A program made the translations under genes and the position numbers. This document shows positions 19,627 through 31,599 of a stretch of DNA of 64,000 nt, one piece after another (within the stretch, counting starts at the first letter, position 1; every line of letters starts with the position of its first letter). The stretch lies in the sequence record SRR20825019_2588; one strand, given 5' to 3'. The notes beneath the pieces were generated by a model that had not been told where the DNA came from, did no database searches, and was given only the letters and a program-made list of their open reading frames with translations.

Positions 19627-19941
19627 ATGGCTTGGGTGGTACTGGTGATAGCAGGATTACTGGAAGTGGTCTGGGCAGTGGGACTGAAATATTCGGACGG
19701 CTTTACCCGGTTGTGGCCGAGTGTATTTACTGTGCTCACCATGTTGCTGAGTTTCTGGCTGCTGGGACTGGCGATGCGTTCACTGCCGGTCGGTACGGCT
19801 TATGGTGTCTGGGTCGGCATTGGTGCAGTGGGCACGGCGATTTACGGCATTATGTTTCTGGCTGAACCGTCGAGTTTTGTCAGGCTTGCCAGTGTTTGTC
19901 TGATTTTGACCGGCATAGTGGGTTTGAAAGTATCAGCCTAG
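19627..19941 (+). CDS. gdx: SMR-family guanidinium exporter Gdx (SugE)
   Basis: [46 protein letters not shown]; 104 aa; riboswitch upstream. Confidence 0.92.
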   Translation: MAWVVLVIAGLLEVVWAVGLKYSDGFTRLWPSVFTVLTMLLSFWLLGLAMRSLPVGTAYGVWVGIGAVGTAIYGIMFLAEPSSFVRLASVCLILTGIVGLKVSA

Positions 19942-19970
19942 CTGATAAACGCCTGATCGAGGAGAGTAAA

Positions 19971-20081
19971 GTGTCTGAATTCTGGGGATATATGGGGGCC
20001 GATGTCGTGGCGATTATCACGATAACCCTGCTCAGTGCGATCGCCTTGTATCATGCTCGGCTATTTGTCAGCCGAATGTGA
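19971..20081 (+). CDS. 36-aa single-TM small protein
   Basis: GAGGAG RBS then GTG: MSEFWGYMGADVVAIITITLLSAIALYHARLFVSRM. Confidence 0.55.
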   Translation: MSEFWGYMGADVVAIITITLLSAIALYHARLFVSRM

Positions 20082-20209
20082 GAGCTTGTCCTGTCAACGT
20101 TTGTTGTCGAGACTGAAAAGATTGTGTCTTTGCCTGCACGCTGCCATGCTAAATGAACGACCTGAAACAGCTTAAACGGTTATAAGGTCAGGGAATATCG
20201 GATTGAAAT

Positions 20210-21907
20210 GTGCAACAGCCACCACTAAACGATAATCAGGGCCGCGACACCGACACGGAGGTTAAATCTGCGGCTTTTTCTTTTCATCGCAGCATTAACT
20301 GGACCGGCGCTTTCTGGGTTGCCAGTGGTGTTCCGGCGCTGGTTCTGTTCTCAATGGGCGCAATCGCTGCCACGGTGGGCAAACCTGCCTGGCTGGTGTG
20401 GCTGATTTCGATAAGTTTCGGTTTTATTCAGGCTTTTACCTACGCTGAAATTGCGGGTTTGTTTCCTCATAAGACCGGGGGGGCGTCGGTGTATGGGGCA
20501 GTTGCCTGGATCAATTACTGTAAACCTGTCGCACCGCTGTCTATCTGGTGTAACTGGATTGCCTGGGGACCCGTGCTGGCCATCGGCTCCGGTCTGGCTG
20601 CAGGTTATATTCTGACCGCGCTGTTTCCTCCTGATGCGGTCATCAATACCTGGCAAATTACTTTACTTGATTTAAGTACGCTGAAAGTCGGACTGACCTT
20701 ACGTATCAATGCCACCTTCATCATTGGTGCGGCACTGATGATTATTGTTTTTGCGATTCAGAATGGCGGTATCCTGCGCTCAGCCAGAGCGACCATGATT
20801 CTGGGTATGACCAGTCTGGTGCCGCTGATGGTGCTGGCACTGGTGCCGTTGATTACCGGTGATCTGCCTGCAGAAAACTTCTTCCCTCTGTCACCCTTGG
20901 CCTACGACAGTGAAGGGCATGTGATGGCAGGGGAATGGAATCTGGATGGCTGGGTACTGATGGCCGGTGGCCTGTTCATTGCAGCATGGTCGACCTATGG
21001 CTTCGAAACCGCTGTTTGCTATACCCGGGAGTTCAAGCATCCCAGAACCGACACTTTCAAAGCGATTTTGTATTCCGGTTTACTTTGTATTGTTGCTTTT
21101 ACGCTTATCCCGCTCGCGTTTCAGGGGCATCTGGGGCTGGGGCAGCTGGTGCAGCCGGAAACCCTGAATACGGCCGGTCAGGTCATTGCACCGGCTGAGT
21201 ATGGTGGCATGTTGTCCGATGATATTTACAGCGGTATGGGGGTCGCCAGTGCGCTGGCAGGTATCGTGGGCGGCAGTGGCTTTATCGCCAATCTGTTTGT
21301 CGTGATGCTGGTGCTGGCATTACTGCTGTCGATTATGACCACGATGTCGGGATCCTCACGGACGCTATGTCAGGGCGCAGTTGACGGCCTGCTGCCGCGT
21401 TATTTATCCAAGGTGAATGAGAATGGGGCGCCGACCCGTGCCATGTGGACCAATCTGATCATCAATCTGATGCTGCTCAGTATGTCCGATTATGTGTTTC
21501 TGCTTGCCGCCTCCAATGTCGGCTATATCATTTTCAATTTCCTGAACCTGAATGCCGGCTGGATTCATCGGATTGATCGACCCAACTGGGATCGACCCTA
21601 TAAAGCGCCGACGAGTCTGATTGTGGCCGGCACGATCCTGGCCTACATCAATATGCTGTTGATGGGGCTGGGCGCCAATGTCTGGGGGGGCGGTACGCTG
21701 ATGAGCGGATTGATAGTGGCGAGCCTGATTTTCCCCATTTTTGTCTGGCGGCACTATGTGGTGGATCGGGGCCGATTCCCCAGAGCGATGCTTGAAGATA
21801 TTAACCTCAGCCGGACAGACTATACCGTCAAGCGTGCCGGTGTCCTTCCTTATCTGGCCCTGCTCGGCGGTGCTGTCGTTTTGGCTGTGGGCAGTTACCT
21901 CAGCTGA
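20210..21907 (+). CDS. APC-family permease, probable methylated-amine permease
   Basis: RSINWTGAFWVASGVPALVLFS, YAEIAGLFP..GGASVYG, YGFETAVCYTREFK; about 14 TM segments. Confidence 0.85.
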   Translation: MQQPPLNDNQGRDTDTEVKSAAFSFHRSINWTGAFWVASGVPALVLFSMGAIAATVGKPAWLVWLISISFGFIQAFTYAEIAGLFPHKTGGASVYGAVAWINYCKPVAPLSIWCNWIAWGPVLAIGSGLAAGYILTALFPPDAVINTWQITLLDLSTLKVGLTLRINATFIIGAALMIIVFAIQNGGILRSARATMILGMTSLVPLMVLALVPLITGDLPAENFFPLSPLAYDSEGHVMAGEWNLDGWVLMAGGLFIAAWSTYGFETAVCYTREFKHPRTDTFKAILYSGLLCIVAFTLIPLAFQGHLGLGQLVQPETLNTAGQVIAPAEYGGMLSDDIYSGMGVASALAGIVGGSGFIANLFVVMLVLALLLSIMTTMSGSSRTLCQGAVDGLLPRYLSKVNENGAPTRAMWTNLIINLMLLSMSDYVFLLAASNVGYIIFNFLNLNAGWIHRIDRPNWDRPYKAPTSLIVAGTILAYINMLLMGLGANVWGGGTLMSGLIVASLIFPIFVWRHYVVDRGRFPRAMLEDINLSRTDYTVKRAGVLPYLALLGGAVVLAVGSYLS

Positions 21908-21986
21908 CCCAATCGACTTGTGCCGCTGACTCATGGTCCGCTTTCAATACACTTCAGGCTGACATACTCCCGAAAATGCCTTTTTC

Positions 21987-22045
21987 TACTACCTAGGAGG
22001 TAACCCCTCTTAGGAATTGTTGAGCCTCTCCCCAGTTTAGACAAT
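21987..22045 (+). promoter_or_regulatory. 7-2-7 box plus sigma70 promoter of the tmd operon
   Basis: TACTACC-TA-GGAGGTA, 14 bp, TTGTTG-N17-GACAAT; extra half-site TACTCCC at 21965. Confidence 0.78.
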
Positions 22046-22047
22046 AG

Positions 22048-24273
<2,226 letters not shown>

Positions 24274-24288
24274 GCAGTAACTGGTTGT

Positions 24289-24314
24289 GTGCTGCCACAG
24301 TCATGTGGCAGCAC
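24289..24314 (+). other. Intercistronic hairpin without U-tract (possible mRNA stabiliser)
   Basis: Perfect 11-bp stem GTGCTGCCACA-GTCA-TGTGGCAGCAC just after tmd. Confidence 0.6.
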
Positions 24315-24365
24315 CTTCCCTAACCTCAGCACTCATTATTCCTATTCCAAGCTGGCAGGTGTGTC

Positions 24366-26501
24366 ATGAATGAAGCACAAGAAATAACCCGAATTCTATT
24401 CCAAGGTTTTCAGACCTCATCCGTTTATCTGTTCTATGTGATTGGCTATACGGCCATCGCGATCTTTCTCTATGGCTGTTATGTGCAGGTTAGAAAGTAT
24501 CGTCGCGGCCAACCGGATGCCGCCTGGGGTGAATTCCTGGCGCGTTTCTGGGACATGACCAAAACCATGATGACGCATCGCACTATCAAACGTCGCGATA
24601 AAGCGGCGGGTAAAGCGCATGCAGGGATATTTTTCGGTTTTGTCCTGCTGTTCATCGGCACCGCCACCATTACGCTGGAATACGACATTCTCGAACCCTT
24701 GTTCGGGATTACATTCTGGTATGGCGATTTCTATCTTTGGTTCTCGCTGATATTGGATATTGCAGGTGTGGCAGCTATTGCCGGCCTGATTTACATGATG
24801 TATCGCCGTAAATGGCTCAAATTACCCAAACTGGATTACACACGTCCTGATCGTGAACCCGGCGATCCGGACTATGACCGCAGTGCCTACCGTCGTGAAG
24901 ACTGGGCATTTCTGTGGGTCTTTATCACTATTCTCATTACCGGTTTCCTGCTGGAAGCGTCCCGTCTGATTTGGCTGATGGAGGATCCGACTGTCTGGGA
25001 GTACCGCTGGTGGTCACCGGTCGGCGCAAGCATTGCGCATCTGTTTTATGGCCTCGGTATGGGCCCGGAAGCAGCAGGCGACTTCCGTACCGGCCTGTGG
25101 TGGTTCCACGGCATCCTGGCGCTGGCCTTTGTCGCGCTGATCCCTTTTACCAAGGTCAAACATATCTTTACCGCCTCGGCGTCTTTGATGTTCCGTGATC
25201 CGATGGCCGGTAAACGACTGCCGACCGTGCCGGAAGACCAGGAAGACATCGGTGTTAAAACCATTACTGATTTTACCTGGAAGCAACTGCTTAATCTGGA
25301 TGCCTGCACCAAGTGTGGTCGTTGTCATGAAGCCTGCCCGGCCAATGCGGTGGGGGCACCGTTGTCGCCACGCGATGTGATTCTGTCGCTGCGTGAATTT
25401 GCCAACAACGCGCTGGAAAAAAAGGAACTGCCGGACGAGGTCGAGCTCGACGTTCACGGCAAGGATGTTGGCCAGGTGTTTATGGAAACTCTGTGGTCGT
25501 GCCGGACCTGTATGGCCTGTGTCGAAATCTGCCCGGTGGCGGTAGAGCATGTGCCCATTATTGTGCAGATGCGCCGTAAGCTGGTCGATGAAGGCAATAT
25601 GGAACCTATCCTGCAGAAAACGCTGCAATCGGTCCACAAAAACGGTAACTCGATGGGCGAGTCCAAGCGTAAACGCGCCAAATGGACTAAAGATCTGTCA
25701 TTTGAGATCAAAGACGCCCGTAAAGAACCGGTTGATGTGATGTGGTTCGTAGGTGACTATGCCTCGTTCGACCCACGTAACCAGGTGGTCACCAAATCGT
25801 TTGCCAAACTGATGCAGCAGGCCGGTGTCGATTTCGGATTGCTCTACGAAGCCGAAATGAATGCCGGTAATGATGTGCGTCGTGTCGGTGAGGAAGGGCT
25901 TTATGAATTCCTGGCCAATTCCAATATCAGCACGCTGGAACAATGCGAATTTAACTCGATTGTCACCACCGATCCGCATTCTTTCAACACCATCCGTAAT
26001 GAATACCCGGACTTTGGTGGTGAGTTTGAAATTCAGCATTACACGACCGTACTCAAACATCTGTTTGAAGAAGGCAAGCTGAAAATCAAGAAAAAACTCG
26101 ACTACCGTGTCACTTTCCATGATCCCTGTCATCTGGGCCGTTACAACAAAGGCTATGACGCGCCACGTGAACTGATCGAAATGATTGGTTGCGAACTGGT
26201 GGAAATGGATCGTAACCGCGATAACTCCTTCTGCTGTGGTGCCGGTGGTGGCCGTATCTGGATTCCGGATCCGGTGGGTCTGGAAAAACCATCGGAAAAC
26301 CGTATTCGTGAAGCGGGTGCGATCGACGATCTGGATGTCTTTATCGTCTCCTGTCCTAAAGATCTGACGATGTTTGAGGATGCACGTAAAACAGCGGGTT
26401 TCGAAGATAAGTTCGTGGTCAAGGAATTGATTGAACTTATCACCGAGTGTGTCGAGTTCGATATTGAAGAGCCGGAAGACGATGACACAGCTGCCGCTTG
26501 A
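24366..26501 (+). CDS. Membrane-bound Fe-S oxidoreductase (NarI-like cytochrome b + 2x[4Fe-4S] + CCG domains); probable ETF:quinone oxidoreductase of the FadF/EMO/EtfD type
   Basis: N-terminal TM region with His residues; CTKCGRCHEACP and CRTCMACVEICP; FHDPCHLGR, FCCGAGGG, SCP. Confidence 0.85.
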   Translation: MNEAQEITRILFQGFQTSSVYLFYVIGYTAIAIFLYGCYVQVRKYRRGQPDAAWGEFLARFWDMTKTMMTHRTIKRRDKAAGKAHAGIFFGFVLLFIGTATITLEYDILEPLFGITFWYGDFYLWFSLILDIAGVAAIAGLIYMMYRRKWLKLPKLDYTRPDREPGDPDYDRSAYRREDWAFLWVFITILITGFLLEASRLIWLMEDPTVWEYRWWSPVGASIAHLFYGLGMGPEAAGDFRTGLWWFHGILALAFVALIPFTKVKHIFTASASLMFRDPMAGKRLPTVPEDQEDIGVKTITDFTWKQLLNLDACTKCGRCHEACPANAVGAPLSPRDVILSLREFANNALEKKELPDEVELDVHGKDVGQVFMETLWSCRTCMACVEICPVAVEHVPIIVQMRRKLVDEGNMEPILQKTLQSVHKNGNSMGESKRKRAKWTKDLSFEIKDARKEPVDVMWFVGDYASFDPRNQVVTKSFAKLMQQAGVDFGLLYEAEMNAGNDVRRVGEEGLYEFLANSNISTLEQCEFNSIVTTDPHSFNTIRNEYPDFGGEFEIQHYTTVLKHLFEEGKLKIKKKLDYRVTFHDPCHLGRYNKGYDAPRELIEMIGCELVEMDRNRDNSFCCGAGGGRIWIPDPVGLEKPSENRIREAGAIDDLDVFIVSCPKDLTMFEDARKTAGFEDKFVVKELIELITECVEFDIEEPEDDDTAAA

Positions 26502-27867
26502 CATCGCCATGCCGGAAACGGCGACGGAACTGGTCGAAGCGGCCGTCGAGCAGGGCGATATCTACAGTGCTGCGGCAGTCTTCGGGATTGCCGATAAAAA
26601 TCAGCGCGATGCCCTCAAAGCGATTCTTTGCGGTCGCCGACGTGATGCGCTCAAGCTGGCACGCTGGGAGCATACACCGGCACAAGTCCTGGCCGTTTTG
26701 GCCGGGCTGGATGATGATGCCATCCGCTTGCGGGTGGAGAAGAATCCGGCGACCCATAGTCAGACCCTGGCTGATCTGTTCAATCATCAGGACAGTCAGG
26801 ATCTGATTGGGCTGGTTGCCCAACATGGTCATACATCGGCATCGGTTCTGTTTACGATTGTTGAGCAGGTCAGTAGTGGCGCTATCATCCGTGCTGCAGC
26901 CAGAAACCCCAATGCCAGCAATGAAGTGCTGGCGGTTATCGAAGCCCGCTTCGGTAATAAATTTGATGCCGAACTGGCCAGTCATGAAAACAGTTCGGCA
27001 AATATCCTTAAGCGGCTTTATGAACGAGGTAATCACTTCGTTCAGGCGGCAGTAGCGGCACATGCTCACTGTCCGCAGGCAGTGCTTGAGCAGGCAGTCC
27101 GTCATGACGATGTTGTGGTGGTGCGTCATGCAGCGACCAATCCAACATTAGCCGTCAAACTGCTGGGATATCTTGCCGGTCATCCTGATTATTCCGTACG
27201 ACGGGCGATTGCCTCACAACAACGGTTGTCGACCACACTGGCCAAAGAACTGGCGCAGGACAGTTCTGATTATGTCAGGCGCGCTGTGGCAGCACGTCAG
27301 GACCTCACTGCCGATATTATCGGGCTGTTGATTCATGATGCTGATCACTGGGTCAGACAATGGGTGGCACTGAGCAGCAAATTATCCGAGCAACAGTTAC
27401 AACTGCTGGCAGAGGATGAGGACAAAGAAGTCCGCCGCGCTGTCGCCAGAAATGGCAAAACCCCACCGCAGTTACTGCAACTGCTGGCAAAGGACAAACA
27501 AACCTGGGTTCGGGCCGCTGTAGCCAATCAGCCCAACACACCGCCTGAGATTCTGTCGGTGCTGGCAGATGAAGAAGAGGTGGATGTGTTAGCGGCAGTC
27601 GCACACAACCCGAATACAGCCCAGCCCATATTGCAGCGTTTGACGCATTCAGTTCTGGCTGATGTGCGTCGCGGGGTAGCGACAAACAAAGCCGCTAAAC
27701 GCGAAACGCTGCTGCCTTTAATTGAGGACCCCTTTTATCTGAACCGTTTGATGCTGGTCGGCAATCCGGTGCTCAGCCCTGAAGATAAGTGGCGTCTGTC
27801 TGATGATCCTGATCCAGCAGTACGCTTCACCCTGTTTTCCTGGTTTTCCAGGCAATACCAGCAGTAA
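26482..27867 (+). CDS. Leucine-rich-repeat-variant / HEAT-like repeat protein
   Basis: About 24-aa repeats L..LA.D....VR.AVA.NP.TP; start at ATG 26482 or 26509. Confidence 0.8.
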   Translation: MTQLPLDIAMPETATELVEAAVEQGDIYSAAAVFGIADKNQRDALKAILCGRRRDALKLARWEHTPAQVLAVLAGLDDDAIRLRVEKNPATHSQTLADLFNHQDSQDLIGLVAQHGHTSASVLFTIVEQVSSGAIIRAAARNPNASNEVLAVIEARFGNKFDAELASHENSSANILKRLYERGNHFVQAAVAAHAHCPQAVLEQAVRHDDVVVVRHAATNPTLAVKLLGYLAGHPDYSVRRAIASQQRLSTTLAKELAQDSSDYVRRAVAARQDLTADIIGLLIHDADHWVRQWVALSSKLSEQQLQLLAEDEDKEVRRAVARNGKTPPQLLQLLAKDKQTWVRAAVANQPNTPPEILSVLADEEEVDVLAAVAHNPNTAQPILQRLTHSVLADVRRGVATNKAAKRETLLPLIEDPFYLNRLMLVGNPVLSPEDKWRLSDDPDPAVRFTLFSWFSRQYQQ

Positions 27868-27915
27868 ATCACTGCACCAAAAAGCTGATGTAGACAGCAA
27901 ATTAGGAGAAATAGC

Positions 27916-28713
27916 ATGAAAATTTTAGTTGCAGTCAAAGAAGTTGCATCGCTCGATGAAGACTTTGAAATTCGTGACGATCAACTGGATGTAGACGAGG
28001 ATTTCCTGCTTTATGAGCTGAACGAATGGGATGACTTTTCCCTGGAAGAAGCCATGAGCATCAAAGAAAGATCCGATACCGAAGTGGAAGTGGTAGTCGT
28101 CTCGGTGGGTCCGGAACAGGTCGAAGAAAGCCTCAGAAAATGCCTTGCCAAGGGCGCTGATCGGGCGATCAGAGTCTGGAGCGATGAAATGGAAGGCTCT
28201 GATTCAATCACTGTCGGACGTATTCTCGCAGCCGTCGCTGAGCAAGAGAAACCGGACATGATCTTTGCCGGCGTGCAATCTTCTGATAATGCCGATGCCT
28301 CCACCGGTATTGCACTTGCTTCCTATCTGAATTGGCCTCACGCAGCGGTCGTGGCCGGACTTGATTACACCCCGGGCAGCAATAAAGCGACCGCCAGCCG
28401 TGAACTCGAAGGCGGTTTGGGACAGGAAGTAGAAATCAGCTGTCCAGCCGTTTTGACGATTCAGCTGGGTATTAACACACCGCGTTATGCGTCACTGCGC
28501 GGCATTAAGCAGGCAGCGGCCAAACCGATTGATGAAGTCAGTTTGTCCGATCTGGGTCTGACAGCAGAAGAAGTGGGTGCCGATGCGGCGTTCTCACGGG
28601 TTCGTCGCATGTACATTCCTGAAAAAGGTATGGCCACCATGATTGACGGTACTACCGCAGAGCAGGCCGCCAAGCTGGCTCAAATTATCAAAGAATTCAA
28701 GGGAGAAGCGTAA
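27916..28713 (+). CDS. etfB: Electron transfer flavoprotein beta subunit (TMADH-partner type)
   Basis: MKILVAVK, LNEWDDFSLEEA, LAKGADRA, RELEGG, PRYASLRGIK. Confidence 0.95.
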   Translation: MKILVAVKEVASLDEDFEIRDDQLDVDEDFLLYELNEWDDFSLEEAMSIKERSDTEVEVVVVSVGPEQVEESLRKCLAKGADRAIRVWSDEMEGSDSITVGRILAAVAEQEKPDMIFAGVQSSDNADASTGIALASYLNWPHAAVVAGLDYTPGSNKATASRELEGGLGQEVEISCPAVLTIQLGINTPRYASLRGIKQAAAKPIDEVSLSDLGLTAEEVGADAAFSRVRRMYIPEKGMATMIDGTTAEQAAKLAQIIKEFKGEA

Positions 28714-29672
28714 TGAAAACCATTCTTGTCGTGGCGGAAAGCCGCCAAAATGAACTCCGTCCGATCTCGCTTGAAGTGATCAGTGCAGCGCAATCGCTGC
28801 GTGAAGCTGATGACAAAGTCGTGGTTGCCATCATTGGTCAGCAGCCTGAATCCTATGTCGATGACCTGTCATTGAAAGGTGTCGATGAAATCGTTGCTGT
28901 AAAAGTCAGCTCCGAAGACTTCGATGCTGATATTCACGAAGCTGCCGTCACTTCCCTGATGGAAAGCTACACACCGGAAGTGGTGCTGTTGCCTCACTCG
29001 GTCGACAGCCTCGGCTTTGCACCGACACTGGCCCGCAAAGGTAACTATGGTTTTGCCACCGACGTTTTCAATCTGGAATATGATGGTCAGGATCTGGTTG
29101 TTACCCGTGCCGGTTACAACGAAAAAGTACATGTTGAAATGGACTTTCCAGGTAAGGACTGTGTGATTCTGACCATCCGTTCCAGCGTGTTCAAAGCGGT
29201 TGAAGAGTCCGGTAGTCCTGCTACCACCAGTCTGGATATGACGAATATCGGCAGTCGTTGCCAGAATGTCCGTTATGTCGAAGCCGAAGGCGCGGATGAC
29301 ATTGATATCACCTCGGTTGATTTCATCATGTCGATTGGCCGTGGCATCGGTGAGGAAAGCAACGTCGACGAGTTCCGTGAAATGGCGGATCTGTCCGGTG
29401 CGACCCTGTGCTGCTCACGACCGATCGCCGATTCCGGCTGGTTACCCAAATCCAGACAGGTCGGTCAATCCGGCAAGGTTGTTGGGAACTGCAAGTTGTA
29501 TGTCGCAATGGGGATTTCCGGTTCCATCCAGCATATGGCAGGGATGAAACATGTCCCTACCATCGTCGCGGTCAATACCGATCCGGGCGCGTCGATTTTC
29601 ACCATTGCCAAATACGGCATTGTCGGCGATATCTTCGAGATTGAAGAAGAGCTGCGTACCCACTTCGAGTAG
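28713..29672 (+). CDS. etfA: Electron transfer flavoprotein alpha subunit
   Basis: GRGIG, CSRPIAD.GW..RQVGQSGK, GISGSIQHMAGMK; TAATG coupling to etfB. Confidence 0.95.
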   Translation: MKTILVVAESRQNELRPISLEVISAAQSLREADDKVVVAIIGQQPESYVDDLSLKGVDEIVAVKVSSEDFDADIHEAAVTSLMESYTPEVVLLPHSVDSLGFAPTLARKGNYGFATDVFNLEYDGQDLVVTRAGYNEKVHVEMDFPGKDCVILTIRSSVFKAVEESGSPATTSLDMTNIGSRCQNVRYVEAEGADDIDITSVDFIMSIGRGIGEESNVDEFREMADLSGATLCCSRPIADSGWLPKSRQVGQSGKVVGNCKLYVAMGISGSIQHMAGMKHVPTIVAVNTDPGASIFTIAKYGIVGDIFEIEEELRTHFE

Positions 29673-29741
29673 CGTAGCAAACCACCAACCCGGCGGCCGG
29701 ATCTGAAGTCTGTCCGCCGGGTCTCACACAGGGATTCCCCC

Positions 29742-30218
29742 ATGGCGACAGATTTAAACAGTGCGGTCACCCGCTCTGATGTGGACGGTAGCGGTATGAG
29801 AATCGGCATTGTCCGTGCGCGCTTTAACCGGGATATTGGTGATGGCCTGCTTAGCGCCTGCCTGGATCAGCTTCGACAGAATGGTGTTGCAGAGCTGGAT
29901 ATCGTTATCAAACAGGTTCCCGGGGCACTTGAAGTCCCCTTTATGCTGAATGAAATGGCACTGACCGGTGGCTTTGATGGGCTGATTGCACTGGGCTGCA
30001 TTATCCGCGGGGAAACCTATCATTTCGAAGTGGTCGCCAATGAGTCAGCTCGCTGCATTTCTAATATTCAGCTTGATACCGGCATTCCCATTGCCAACGC
30101 CATTCTCACCACTGAGAACCAACACCAGGCTGAACAGAGAATGACAATAAAAGGTGCCGAGGCGGCTCAGGTTGTACTGGAAATGGTGCAGGAACTGCAG
30201 AGCCTGTGCCAGTTATAA
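29742..30218 (+). CDS. ribH: 6,7-dimethyl-8-ribityllumazine synthase
   Basis: ARFN, VPGALEVP, ALGCIIRGETYHFEVV, ILTTEN..QA..R. Confidence 0.95.
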   Translation: MATDLNSAVTRSDVDGSGMRIGIVRARFNRDIGDGLLSACLDQLRQNGVAELDIVIKQVPGALEVPFMLNEMALTGGFDGLIALGCIIRGETYHFEVVANESARCISNIQLDTGIPIANAILTTENQHQAEQRMTIKGAEAAQVVLEMVQELQSLCQL

Positions 30219-30290
30219 AACACCGGCAGGCCAGCATTGATCCGATAGCGTTTTTGTTTGGCAACAATGGTGATCTCAGCGCATGGGCGC

Positions 30291-30349
30291 TACTCAAAAA
30301 GGAGTACGCCATGATGGGAATTTCAGCACAGGACTGATTCCGATATGTT
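30291..30349 (+). promoter_or_regulatory. 7-2-7 box plus sigma70 promoter of the dmm operon
   Basis: TACTCAA-AA-AGGAGTA, 14 bp, TTTCAG-N17-TATGTT. Confidence 0.72.
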
Positions 30350-30390
30350 TTTCCTAAGCTTACATTTTTGTTACATCCGGAGTCAGAGCC

Positions 30391-31539
30391 ATGAGCAATT
30401 CTACCCAACCTATCGAAGCCGTTGATTCGGCAATCACCCGTAACTCAGTGCTGAATGAACGTCATCGCGAGCTTGGATCAAAGCTGGATGATGTTATCTG
30501 GGGTATGCCAATCCCTCAGCATTACCATACTGATCCCCACGATGAGGTGGTCGCGGTCAGAACCCGTGCCGGTCTTTATGACGTATCAGCGTTGAATATT
30601 GTCAATGTCAGTGGGCCCGCTGCGTTGAAAGTGCTGGACCAACTTGTGGCGATTGATGTCACCGAACTGGAACCCGGCACGTCCCGGTTGGCAGCTGAAG
30701 TCAATGAGGAAGGCGCCCTGGTCGACGACATCATGATTATCTGTGATGCCAAGGACCAGTATCGTATTTCTCACGGTGGCGGTTGCACGCAACAGACACT
30801 GGCCAGACTGGCCGAAGGTCAGGATGTGACGATAGAACAGGATTATGACGTACATATTCTGTCACTACAGGGGCCACGCTCCGTAGATGTGCTGAACCCT
30901 GAAGTCGATGTCGACCTGGCCAAATTACCTTATTTCAAACATGTCGAAACACAGCTTTTTGGCTTTGATGTGATTATCGCCCGCGGTGGCTATTCCGGTG
31001 AGCGCGGTTACGAAGTCTATTGCAGCGCTAATGATGCGGTGCATCTGTGGGACAGCATTCTGGAAAAAGGCCATCGTTACGGCGTGATTGCTGCCTCCTG
31101 GGATTCACTTGACCTGACCCGCGTTGAAGCCGCCTTGCTGTTCTATCCATTCGATATGCCTGAGGGCGATACAACGCCGTGGGAAGTCAATATGAACTGG
31201 TGTATCGACCAGAACAAGAAAGGTGACTACGTCGGTAAAGACGCCCTGCTGAAACTGAAAGGCCGTGAACGTTTCAAACAGGCAGGCCTCGTTTGCCAGA
31301 GTAGTGAAGCCATGCCGGAAGGCGCCAAAATTATCAAAGACGGTAAGGAAATCGGCGTTGTCACCAGTGCCAGCTTTAGCCGTTACCTGATGAAATCGCT
31401 AGCGATGGTACATATCAAACCCGAGTTTTCACAACTTGGGACGCAGGTGGTAGTTGCCGCTGACACGCCGGTCAAAGCCCACGTTGTTAAGACTCCTTTC
31501 TACGACCCGATGCGTCTTCGTACCCATCCCGAACAATAG
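30391..31539 (+). CDS. dmmD: Dimethylamine monooxygenase-associated aminomethyltransferase (GcvT-like, THF-binding)
   Basis: AGLYDVS, LSLQGP, RGGYSGERGYE, RVEAAL, PFYDP; first gene of the dmmDABC order. Confidence 0.85.
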   Translation: MSNSTQPIEAVDSAITRNSVLNERHRELGSKLDDVIWGMPIPQHYHTDPHDEVVAVRTRAGLYDVSALNIVNVSGPAALKVLDQLVAIDVTELEPGTSRLAAEVNEEGALVDDIMIICDAKDQYRISHGGGCTQQTLARLAEGQDVTIEQDYDVHILSLQGPRSVDVLNPEVDVDLAKLPYFKHVETQLFGFDVIIARGGYSGERGYEVYCSANDAVHLWDSILEKGHRYGVIAASWDSLDLTRVEAALLFYPFDMPEGDTTPWEVNMNWCIDQNKKGDYVGKDALLKLKGRERFKQAGLVCQSSEAMPEGAKIIKDGKEIGVVTSASFSRYLMKSLAMVHIKPEFSQLGTQVVVAADTPVKAHVVKTPFYDPMRLRTHPEQ

Positions 31540-31599
31540 TAAAGACCCTGCCTGAGTCGTCACAGGGAGGTGACCGGGCAACAAGATGAGGAAAAAGCG

